In this document: positions 52,438-61,697 of the stretch, piece after piece | Position numbering within the stretch: the first letter of the stretch is position 1 | Layout: every line of letters begins with the position of its first letter | Assembly (NCBI GenBank): GCA_963726455.1 | Contig: CAVSCK010000003.1 | Coordinates: 416,001-480,000, forward strand | Source of the DNA: an uncultured bacterium | Lineage (GTDB): Bacteria > Zixibacteria > MSB-5A5 > CAIYYT01 | Length of the DNA: 64,000 nucleotides | Direction: 5' to 3' | Position numbers and translations under genes: made by a program | The notes under the pieces: model-generated | Told to the model about the DNA's origin: nothing | Seen by the model: the letters and a program-made list of their open reading frames with translations, nothing else | Database searches by the model: none

Positions 52438-53602
52438 TCAATATATTTCGTAGCCCAATCGATTTGCATTCAACTGGATGTTGGTGCGCCGCTTGGCTTC
52501 CTGAAGACTTTTCCACCACGATTCATTGGCGTTCTCTTTAGGAAATTTCATCCAGTTAGTCAGCCACATGGCCGCTGTATCTCCAACGGAGAAGTTCGTT
52601 GTGAAGTAGGCGAATCGGTCCGTGGGGGGATCGTCACGTTTCCAGCCCTTGTAGGCGTCGCGCCTGATGACCTCCCAATAGTGGAGGCGAGAACTGCACC
52701 CGAAATGACAGAATACTCTGCACTTGAAGTCGAGCGCACCGAGATCGAAGGGATCGTTCACGGTGCTGACCCAATCGGCGTAGACGACAATGTTGTCAAG
52801 GCCGCCAAGCTTGAGGCCATAGTATTGATTGTTGTCAGATTCGTAATAAGGGGCAACCTGTCCGGTCAAATCGTCGGGAAGAGTGATCTTGCCGACCTGG
52901 CGCCTGATGTCGGGATGACGATATGCCATTTCGGGCAGACCGTCGGCGGCAGCGACGGGACGAAACTGGTAGCCGTGGTGTTCGATGTCCTTCAATTCAA
53001 CCGGCAGCACGGGATAGCCGAGGCGAAACAATCCGTTGTCGTTTGTCGTACCGTCTTCCCACTGTTCGCCCTGAGGGGTAAATTCACCGCTATACTGATC
53101 GAAGCAGGCGCCGCGGCCATAGCGTGAGTGTCCCTCGTAGATGACCTGGATGCCTTCGGTTTCCAACGCGGCTTTGAACTCGGACTTCGTGCGCACGGCC
53201 TTCACTTTGAAATACACCAATTGCGCATCGCAGACGTATTCACCTTCGTCATCCGAAAGTCGCGTGTAGCCATCGACGTGTTGTTCGAGATATTCCTGAA
53301 GTGGTGTTTCTATACTTTTGCGTAGTCCGCGCGCAATACCTTTAAGAACGGCTGGAGTTCTTTGAAATGGCGCCAGGCCCCGGCCAAATTGCTTTTCCAA
53401 CTCCTGCGAAACCTGTTCGACTTGTTCGGGCGTCGGGTCGTTTTCCAGCGTGTCCGCCCATCTCTTGATTTTGACGGCGCGGGCGCGCTTGTCGCTATCG
53501 TGGAATTCGATGCCTTGAGCGACGATGACATCGCGCTCTTCGTAGCCATCGACAAAACATGCCAAGCTCACCGGTGCCGGTCGGTGTGCCGTTTGCGCCC
53601 AT
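52438..53602 (-). CDS. Hypothetical protein, candidate clan CD (caspase/gingipain-fold) cysteine peptidase; likely true ATG at 53602 with a +1 frameshift near 53580
   Basis: VIYEGHSRYG and FCHFGCSS strand-His / strand-Cys motifs; TAGATG coupling to the upstream gene. Confidence 0.5.
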
Positions 53603-54496
53603 CTACTTCTCCAACATTACGCCCTTGGCATGGTGAAACTTGATTACACACTTCCCCGGAGGAAGACTCTCTAACTTCGCGTAACCATTCTGATCGAGTT
53701 GCCCCTGTTGAGTCGTGCCGTCAGGCAGCTCTACTGTATACTGCTCGTTGGCGCCAACCTGGCCTTTGCGATCACGAAGGGTGATCTCGATCGAGTCGCA
53801 AAACACCACAAAGCCCGATTCCTGTCTTCGGCCGAATTCCTGATTGTCGATTTTGACTGTGAAGAAGTATTTCGGAGATGCGTACTTGCGGCCATAGCGC
53901 TGCAAATCCGATTGGGTGGGTATTTCCTCGGTATTGTCCGGGTAATCAAATGCCCACTCGAGGGCGACCTTCTTGTTCTCGACTGTAGCTGCAATCTCGG
54001 CGATTTTATCATGGGCGCCGTCGGCGTCAAATTCGTAGACGATGGTTTTCACCGCGGCGGAGCCGGGAACATTCTCGATTTTCGCATTCAGAGTCAGGAC
54101 ATCGCCCCGGTGAACTTCTTGAGCACTCCAATGCATATCGGTCACCAGAATTGGCGGAACGACAGCGACTGAGTTCGATTTAGCGCTTAAGCCATTCTTC
54201 GGCAATTGGACGTCGAAGTAGACCAACTCTCCTGTCTTGACATCGGGAGGAATCGCAAATGCGCCGATAAATTTGTTTCCGCGAATCTTGCCGGTAACTT
54301 TGCCGAGACTCTTCCCCTTGCTGCTCTTGCCCTTGACTTCAACCGGAGCGCCTTGACCGACAAAAAGGGTGCCGATTTCGAAAAACGCCTGCTGGCCCGC
54401 CGGAGCATATGACTGCTGCCATTCGGCATAAACGAGCATTGATGACAGCGTCAGTTTCTCCTTGCTGTCGGTAGCTTTTGTGAATTTGAGAGCCAT
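53603..54496 (-). CDS. Adaptor-like beta-sandwich protein with C-terminal transthyretin/carboxypeptidase-regulatory-like domain (paralog A)
   Basis: C-terminal ANEQYTVELPDGTTQQGQLDQNGYAKLESLPPGKCVIKF; colinear with 58868..59899. Confidence 0.65.
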   Translation of the reverse strand: MALKFTKATDSKEKLTLSSMLVYAEWQQSYAPAGQQAFFEIGTLFVGQGAPVEVKGKSSKGKSLGKVTGKIRGNKFIGAFAIPPDVKTGELVYFDVQLPKNGLSAKSNSVAVVPPILVTDMHWSAQEVHRGDVLTLNAKIENVPGSAAVKTIVYEFDADGAHDKIAEIAATVENKKVALEWAFDYPDNTEEIPTQSDLQRYGRKYASPKYFFTVKIDNQEFGRRQESGFVVFCDSIEITLRDRKGQVGANEQYTVELPDGTTQQGQLDQNGYAKLESLPPGKCVIKFHHAKGVMLEK

Positions 54497-54759
54497 GTAT
54501 ACACCCCCAGGATTTGCCTGGTTATGACCACCCCTTACGGGGAGTTGCCAACATTCTTGTGAGTGATACGAAGGCAGAGATTCTTTGAAGTGACCTAAAT
54601 TGGTCCAGGATCATGTCGGCAGCGGATTTGTAGCCCGCGACATCAGATAGGCGGACCGGCCTGAATCCGCAAAAGCGGGTGAATTCGGCGGGAATATTCC
54701 GCCGGCCAGCTTGTAATTCTGGCAGAGTATTCATTTCCATGACTGAACAGGAGGAGATT

Positions 54760-56411
54760 ATGAAGCACCTCATAGCTGTAATGGCGATGGTTGCGCTGAT
54801 AGTCGCGCAGGCCACGGGGGCGCCACAGCCCGTCAAATCCGAGATCAAGAAGGTAACCGTCTTCCCCGACCGGGCACAGGTATCGAGAGTGGCATCGGCC
54901 AATCTCGACCAAGGAGAGCGACAGCTTGTCTTCGAGGATTTGCCGCTGGAGGCGGACGACGCGTCATTTCACGCAGTTGTCCATGGTGACGACGGTATCC
55001 TGTTTCTGGGACTGACACACAAAGTCGTTCAGCACTTGGAATCTCGCCAGACCCGGATAGCTGAGGTTGAGAAGAAGATCGCTGATATCGAAAAGAATCA
55101 GCGCGAACCAGCCAATCACCGGCAAAACATCTTCTGGCAAGAAAGGGAACTACTTCTCGCTTTGGGCAAGGCAGGCGGCGAACAGATGAACGGCCAGATG
55201 AAGGGTGGCGCGATGGATGTTAAGAGCTGGGAATCCGCATACAATTTCTTCAGTCGGGAATTCGCTGCGATAAGTGATTCACTGCGTTTAGTAGGGCAGA
55301 TCAAGGCCGAAGCGGACACACAGCTCACCCTACTCAAGAATGAATTGCAGGAGATTCGCGGTAGCGGCAGCCGCAATACCAAGACCATTCAGGTGGATTT
55401 GCAGCTGGCGAAAGCGGGAGCCGTGGATGTGACGTTGGACTATGTCGTACCGAACGCCGTCTGGGTGCCAATATATGATGCGCGCCTGAACGCCGACGAA
55501 CAGGTTGACCTCAGCTATTCCGCAGATGTTCAGCAGCGAACGGGTGAAGACTGGAATGACGTTAATCTGACACTGTCGACGGCCAGACCGGCGGAAGGGA
55601 TTACACCGGGAGACATTTCTCCCTGGGTGTTGGTCATTTTCCGACCGGCAATGGAGACGATGAATTTCGGCAGCATTCAGGCGTTGCGGACGAAGAGTTG
55701 CTATTGATGGCACTCAAATTAGGGATCCGTTGGGAATGAGAGGCGGCAGGGATTCGGAAATGGCAAAGCCGATGCTGGCGCAGGTAACTCAGAATCTGGC
55801 TGCCGTCTCGACCTGCTATGTCATTCAGCGCAAGATGACGATTCTCTCGGGTAGGGAAGCCGCACGGGTACCGATCGGGCAATGGACACTGAAGGGAGAC
55901 ATGAAATTGGTTTGTCGTCCACGAAACCATGAAGGTGTCTTTCGGTTTGCGACTTTGACAAATCAAGAGGAAACGCCCTTGCTGCCGGGACCGGTGAATA
56001 TCTTCGCCGGTAACGAATTTCTGGGCACAACCATATTTCGGGACTTGATCGCAGTAAGCCAGAGTTTCGAATTGCCGTTCGGACCGGATAATCGAATCAC
56101 CGTAAAGCGGGAGATTTTATCGCGCAAGACTACCGTCGGAGACGATAATGAAACGCGGCAGGAGACGGTTGCGATCACGCTTACGAATCACGGCAAGGAC
56201 AGCCGTATTGTTACGCTGGAGGAATCATTGCCGACTTCAACCGATAGCCGCATAAAGATCAAGATGGGAGATGTTGTGCCGGAGCCTCGAGTCCAAAGAC
56301 GTCAAAGGAAAGGCATCGTGGTCGTTGACGCTGGCGCCGGGTTCGGAGACAACCGTTCAGATTCCGTACAAGATTGAATTTCCGGTCGGGATGCTCGTGT
56401 CAGGATTCTAG
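54760..56411 (+). CDS. DUF4139/DUF4140 (MuiA-like) exported protein, +1 frameshifts near 55690 and 56287
   Basis: Signal peptide, IKKVTVFPDRAQVSR, WVPIYDARL, QRTGEDWNDVNLTLSTARP and PLLPGPVNIF; C-terminal WSLTLAPG...YKIEFP in a third frame. Confidence 0.85.
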
Positions 56412-56442
56412 GTGCGTTGGCTCAGTATCGGTCGCGGATAAT

Positions 56443-56470
56443 GAAGGGAAGGAGCGCACTCCTTCCCTTC
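56443..56470. terminator. Hairpin between convergent genes, probable bidirectional terminator
   Basis: GAAGGGAAGGAG-CGCA-CTCCTTCCCTTC, a perfect 12-bp stem. Confidence 0.7.
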
Positions 56471-56480
56471 GCATTTCAAC

Positions 56481-58871
56481 TCAGCCGCGAACGCCCCAGG
56501 AGGGCATGTCGGCCCATTCGTCGGATTCGAAGTCGTAGTCACGGTCAACGTTGATCATGATGTTAGCGTGTTCGACAAGCTGTTCCAGATGAAAGGCCAG
56601 TCCATCGTGCGGGACGGTGAATTCTGAGTGGCCAAATGGCTGACAATTGAGCCATGCCTGTCCGGTAGTGATGCCGTCCTCGAGTCTGAGGTTTATCTCA
56701 ATCTCGTAACTATCTCCGGATGTCCGAACACAGAAATTGGCCGAAATTACGGCGCGTCCGCTTACCGAGGGGACGGTAAAATCACGGTAATGCTCGGTAT
56801 TCCGGGACGGAAACTGAAGTGTGAATTTTGTACGAAAAGTGGCGCCATTGGCATTTCCGAACTCGCAGCGAAAGACAAACTTGGCCGCGTCGGGCAGGAA
56901 CTTGGTGGTAATTTTGATCTCGCACACACGCGTGACCGTGTCGAACATGTGGCAAACCGTGTACTTGTGGCAGCAATTGATCAGTGAGTTGAGCTGCATC
57001 TTGAGTCCCGCATCGTCGGCGCGCCAGGCCTCGTAACGTCCGTCAGCCCACGGCGCCTGACTGCCTTCACCCGGAGTCTTGCCCCACATACATCGAGCGG
57101 CGAAGATTTCCAGATCACTATCCGAGCAGGCCATCACAATTACGGCGCCGGCAGCGGAAATCAGACCAATGACGGCGCCGGCTGGACCGCCGACGCTGCC
57201 GCCATATGCCATGCAGTAGAGCACCAAGCTTAACTCGGCGATGCCCGCACCCACGACGATGGCATTTCCGACCATCGCGTCATAGTCATCCATCCGCCAG
57301 CGATCAGCAGCTCCGCTGCTGCTGCCATAAATGTCGAAGATGTTCTTTACGACCATGGCCTTCATGGCCAAGCCGGTCGCGCCTCTCAGCATAGCCAGAT
57401 TGGCGAGACTGTCGAAAACGTTGGTGATGCGACCAGCATTGACGTCGCCGTCGAGAATTCCCTTTAGTTCCCCGAGACCGCTGGCAATTCGATAGATGCT
57501 GGCAACCTTCACCAATTTCTGCTCGATATCGCTCGTGCGTCCGACTGCCCTAATGTAGCGGCTGGCGGTGTCGCGTATTTCCGTCAGTTCGTCCAGGTAA
57601 TCTCTAAAACCGGACGGACGCCCGACATAATATTTCAGGAGAGCATATGTTGCTACCGTGAAAACTGACGCGATCATTTCCGCAGCGTCAACCTGGCTGA
57701 ACGAGGTTTTCCAGGCAGCGGCCAGAGCAGTATCCTGATTGGTCCCTCTTCCCAATGAGGCCTTGTAGAAAGCAGCCCAGGCATTCTCGCCGGTGTTTTC
57801 TTCCGCGAGTTCGGATAAGTAGTCGGACAATAGTGCGTGATCGCCGGCGATGCTGGTCACGGGAAGCATAATCTGCAGCCAAACCTTGCCATCAAGACGC
57901 AAGCCGTCTTCCTCGTAAATCATGAATTGCTTCTGGAGGTCCTTCATGATCGGACGTGTTAACATATTGTACAGGTTGTCGATCAGAAAGGCCTTGCGAG
58001 TCGCATAGTCGGCGTAGCGGTTGAAATCAGAATCAAGACGTCCCATCTCAAAATCATCGGCGACAGAGCTGTCCTGGTCGGCAAGTTGCTTGCAGAGACA
58101 GGCGAGGATTCCCTTGTAGCGAAGCCGCCTTTCTGCGGTGCTGAGGCGCGGCATGGAAACTCGCGCGTCAACAATCGACGCCAATCGCGAATAGACGCCT
58201 GCGGCATCTACCGTGTGCTCGATAACATAGCCGGGATCAAACACAATCAGACGACCTTCTCCGGGTCCCTGGTCGTTTTCGCGATTGAGCAATCGCAAAC
58301 GACTAAATCTTAGGAAATCGGAAAGTGCACCGTAGGAGCCGGAGAAGATCATATCGGCGGTCTTCGCATTGATTTGGCCGGGCAGCGCAATTGCATAGCA
58401 GTCCGGCAAATCGGCGCGCAGCAGACTGAACAAACTGTTGTCGGAACCTACGCTACGCACCGGCTCGAAATCGCCATCGCCGTTGCGGGTGAACTCGGTC
58501 GAATCCCAGTTGGTGATCCCTCTGTATTCGATTTCCCAGAGCGTCTCACGAGGCTGACAATAGATGTAGACCCAGCGGCCGGTCGCTTCCGATGTTAACG
58601 GGCGAAAGAGCGCGGGAATGTCGACAACGTGATCGTCGTGGAAGAGCGCCAGGAGATTATCCTGATTTTCTACATAGAAGAAGGGCCCACCGGAACCACC
58701 AAGTATCCGCGCAATGAAAGCAAGAACACCCTGGCCGAGATTGCTGCCTAATCGCTCATAGACCACATAGTTGAAGCGTGACAAGACCACCTGGACACGA
58801 TTGGACAGACGGTTTTGCTGGTAGCTTCCCGTAGCGACCTGATGGGTTGAATCCTGATTTCCACCGCTCAT
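56481..58871 (-). CDS. Candidate MIX-like/VasX-like pore-forming effector
   Basis: N-terminal GRWVYIY...LWEIEY; Gly/Ala-rich hydrophobic hairpin followed by DSDLEIFAARCMWGK; no signal peptide. Confidence 0.55.
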   Translation of the reverse strand: MSGGNQDSTHQVATGSYQQNRLSNRVQVVLSRFNYVVYERLGSNLGQGVLAFIARILGGSGGPFFYVENQDNLLALFHDDHVVDIPALFRPLTSEATGRWVYIYCQPRETLWEIEYRGITNWDSTEFTRNGDGDFEPVRSVGSDNSLFSLLRADLPDCYAIALPGQINAKTADMIFSGSYGALSDFLRFSRLRLLNRENDQGPGEGRLIVFDPGYVIEHTVDAAGVYSRLASIVDARVSMPRLSTAERRLRYKGILACLCKQLADQDSSVADDFEMGRLDSDFNRYADYATRKAFLIDNLYNMLTRPIMKDLQKQFMIYEEDGLRLDGKVWLQIMLPVTSIAGDHALLSDYLSELAEENTGENAWAAFYKASLGRGTNQDTALAAAWKTSFSQVDAAEMIASVFTVATYALLKYYVGRPSGFRDYLDELTEIRDTASRYIRAVGRTSDIEQKLVKVASIYRIASGLGELKGILDGDVNAGRITNVFDSLANLAMLRGATGLAMKAMVVKNIFDIYGSSSGAADRWRMDDYDAMVGNAIVVGAGIAELSLVLYCMAYGGSVGGPAGAVIGLISAAGAVIVMACSDSDLEIFAARCMWGKTPGEGSQAPWADGRYEAWRADDAGLKMQLNSLINCCHKYTVCHMFDTVTRVCEIKITTKFLPDAAKFVFRCEFGNANGATFRTKFTLQFPSRNTEHYRDFTVPSVSGRAVISANFCVRTSGDSYEIEINLRLEDGITTGQAWLNCQPFGHSEFTVPHDGLAFHLEQLVEHANIMINVDRDYDFESDEWADMPSWGVRG

Positions 58872-59899
58872 GTGTTCACCGTTGGCGCATCATCAACGTC
58901 TGTCTCCGAGGCGCTTTCAACTTCAGAAGGTTCTTCTATCTGGCTGCTGTCTGCGACATCAAGTTCCGGATCACTCACGGCACTCGTATCGTTGATGCCC
59001 GTATGCTCTTCCTGATTCACTGCCGGCAAGGCGCCCGGGTAGGTTATCGTCACCTCGCCGGGAGGAATATCCTCCAGCCGTACCCTGCCGTTGTCATCGA
59101 GGTCACCTTCGCGGGTGGTGCCATCGGGAAGCGTGACGACATAATGTTGATTTGGCACCGAGTCATGTTGATCGTCGACCAACTGAATCTCGATCCAATC
59201 CTTGAACAGCAGCAGACCCGATTCCTGCCGTCTGCCGAACTCCTGGTTGTCAACCTTTACGGTGAAGAAGTACTCCGGCGGATTGTAGCTTCTGCCATAC
59301 CGTTGCATTTCCTCGTCGGTGGGGATTTCATCGGTATCTTCGTGATATTCGTAGGCCCACTGCAATTCTATTTTCTTGGAAGTCACAGTTGCCGGCAACT
59401 CGACGATCTTGTCATGGGCGCCGTCCTGATCGTACTCGTAAATGATGACCTTGACCTGTGCTCCTTCGGGAAGGTTCTCAACCGACGCCTTCAACGTAAG
59501 AACTTCACCCCGGCGCGCTTCGGAAGCGCTCCAGGACAAGTCAGATACGATGATCGGCGGAACGGCTGCGACATGATTGGAAGTGGTGCTCAATCCGTTC
59601 TTGGGAAGTTTGACATCGAAAGATACCATGTCGCCTATCTTGGTATCCGAGGGAATCGTAAATTCGCCGATGAACTTATTGGCCCTGACCTTTCCGGTAA
59701 CGGTGCCGAGATTCTTCCCCTTCTTGCTTTTTCCCTTGGCCTGGACCGGCGCGCCCTGCCCGACAAAGATCGTTCCGATCTCAAATGATGCCTTCTGGCC
59801 AACACAGGCGTAGGATTGTTGCCACTCCGCATAGACGATGGAAGCCGTGAGCGTGACTTTCTCTTTGGCATCGGTGGATTTGGTGAATCTCAGTGGCAT
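58868..59899 (-). CDS. Adaptor-like beta-sandwich protein with transthyretin-like domain and acidic tail (paralog B)
   Basis: WIEIQLVDDQHDSVPNQHYVVTLPDGTTREGDLDDNGRVRLEDIPPGEVTITYP; paralog of 53603..54496. Confidence 0.65.
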   Translation of the reverse strand: MPLRFTKSTDAKEKVTLTASIVYAEWQQSYACVGQKASFEIGTIFVGQGAPVQAKGKSKKGKNLGTVTGKVRANKFIGEFTIPSDTKIGDMVSFDVKLPKNGLSTTSNHVAAVPPIIVSDLSWSASEARRGEVLTLKASVENLPEGAQVKVIIYEYDQDGAHDKIVELPATVTSKKIELQWAYEYHEDTDEIPTDEEMQRYGRSYNPPEYFFTVKVDNQEFGRRQESGLLLFKDWIEIQLVDDQHDSVPNQHYVVTLPDGTTREGDLDDNGRVRLEDIPPGEVTITYPGALPAVNQEEHTGINDTSAVSDPELDVADSSQIEEPSEVESASETDVDDAPTVNT

Positions 59900-59919
59900 G
59901 ACAATACCCTGCGCTCGTG

Positions 59920-60345
59920 CTAAGTTTCCAGAGTGAAGTTTTCGATCATGCGATCTACTTCGATACCGATCGTCTTGAAAGTTTGTTTCGTGAAGTTGGC
60001 GGTGAACGTGTAGCCGCGATCACCAACGATCACGTAGACATGTTTCTTGAACACCGCTTTGCCGTCGCCGAGGACCATCTTATAGACCCATTCGTAGGCC
60101 TTGACACCGGTTGCGAAAGTGCGCTCTTCTTCTTTCAGGGTTTCGATCCCTGCCATCGAGTCTTTGATCGGCTGCATTCTGTCGAGAGCAAATTCCTTGA
60201 GATCATTGTCTGCCAGATTACGGTCAACGACGAGGTTCAGAATGTGCCGGTACCCATTCACCTCAGGGCCCATGAAGATGTACGCGGTTTGGTCCTCCCA
60301 GCCATCGGGCAACCGCAAGAGAAATCGGGAATTTGTTCCTGCCAT
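59920..60345 (-). CDS. DcrB/DUF1795 (Mog1p/PsbP-fold, Eag-type adaptor) family protein
   Basis: LRLPDGWEDQT N-terminus, ~140 aa, GYTFTANF...MIENFTL C-terminus. Confidence 0.7.
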   Translation of the reverse strand: MAGTNSRFLLRLPDGWEDQTAYIFMGPEVNGYRHILNLVVDRNLADNDLKEFALDRMQPIKDSMAGIETLKEEERTFATGVKAYEWVYKMVLGDGKAVFKKHVYVIVGDRGYTFTANFTKQTFKTIGIEVDRMIENFTLET

Positions 60346-60378
60346 TCGCAGCTCACTTTCTATCTACGGCTGATTGTT

Positions 60379-61697
60379 CTAATGGGCCGTCGTTATCTCG
60401 TAGAGTCCGGCAGTGGTACCGACTACAAGCGTACCTTTCTTGAGTTCGACCACCGGCGTCGTAATACTGCCCTCAAAACCCATCACGGCGAACCGTTCCT
60501 TGCCGTCGGCAGTGAGTGCAACGATGCGGCTTCCGCCGCTAACCACCAGGCAATCGTTGAACAAGGTTGCATAGATGCCGGCGCTCCGGGTGACACCAAG
60601 AGGATATTGCCAAAGACTTTGTCCCGCTACATCGTAGGCCGCCACGCCTTCCTCACCAACGACGTAGATCTTGCCATCAGTTGCAGCCAACGGCGGGCAG
60701 ATTACTTTACCTACCGCTTTGGGAATGACCGCCTTGAAACGGCTGTGGCCATCGGAGGTGAAAGCGAAAAGCTGGTCGGTATCCCCAACGGCGGCGCTAA
60801 GAAATATTTCGGAGTTCAAGCCCGCTGAGGCAAAGCTCGGAACGAAGTCTCCGACGATCACGCGTTGGACCTTGAGATCGTAGTTTAGCACTACTATCCC
60901 CTTCCTGATTGGCTGGACGATCTGCTCGGTGAGGAACACCGGCACGATGAAGAGATCGTCGAAATAGGCAGCCATCTTTTCCTCGCGAATGTCGCTCAAA
61001 TTGAGACTGCCGGCGGGCGGCAGAACATCCTTGATCTTGAACATGCGCAGGAAGGCGGACTGATCACGACGGTCGGGCATCATTTGATATGTATGACAGC
61101 CGGCGATGATAAATCGGTCGCCAATGACGTTGGCCTCATAGAAATGCAACTGTTGAGCGCCGCTGATTATGATCTCACTCAGTTGCTTTCCGTCGGAATC
61201 GTATTCGCACAGGTCATCCCCCAGCGAGTACAGTTTTCCGTTGCTGACGCTGAGGTAGCTGTCGCGACCCCACCAGCGTTGCTCCCGAATCAGGCGCAAG
61301 CTGTCCCGCTCATAGATGCGAAACACGCCCTGGGATTCGACGATGAGTTTCGGTCCGTTAAGATAGAGCGCTCTGACCTCGGCGTCTCCAACTCTTTTCA
61401 CTAAATAGTCAGCTTCTGAGGGATAGTCAAACTTCTGGTAGCAGTTGCCGTTGCGCAACGGGTTAACAAAGCGACAGGTGAAACCGACCGGCGGAGCCGC
61501 AACGGGCTGAGGTTCAGACGCGGAGGTGGACGGCTGGAGCTCTATTATTGGGAACGACTCAGGGATCACATGCCTTTCGTCACCCACGAACAACCAGTTA
61601 TCATAAATGCGCACGTCCATCTTAGCTCCTTGACATGAGACCAAAGCACTCAAAAAAAAAGAACCCCTAACAGAACCAGTCGCGAATATTTAGGCAA
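60379..61697 (-). CDS. Lipoprotein with PQQ-like beta-propeller C-terminus; signal peptide interrupted at a T9 tract
   Basis: With 10 T the N-terminus reads MPKYSRLVLLGVLFFLSALVSC; repeats such as AFTSDGHSRF, AYDVAGQSLW, ALTADGKERF. Confidence 0.6.

Noticed and set aside
58847-60828. Long plus-strand ORFs (313 aa, 303 aa) and similar antisense ORFs throughout the window
   Set aside because: Shadow frames of GC-rich genes on the opposite strand, with no recognisable motifs or RBS
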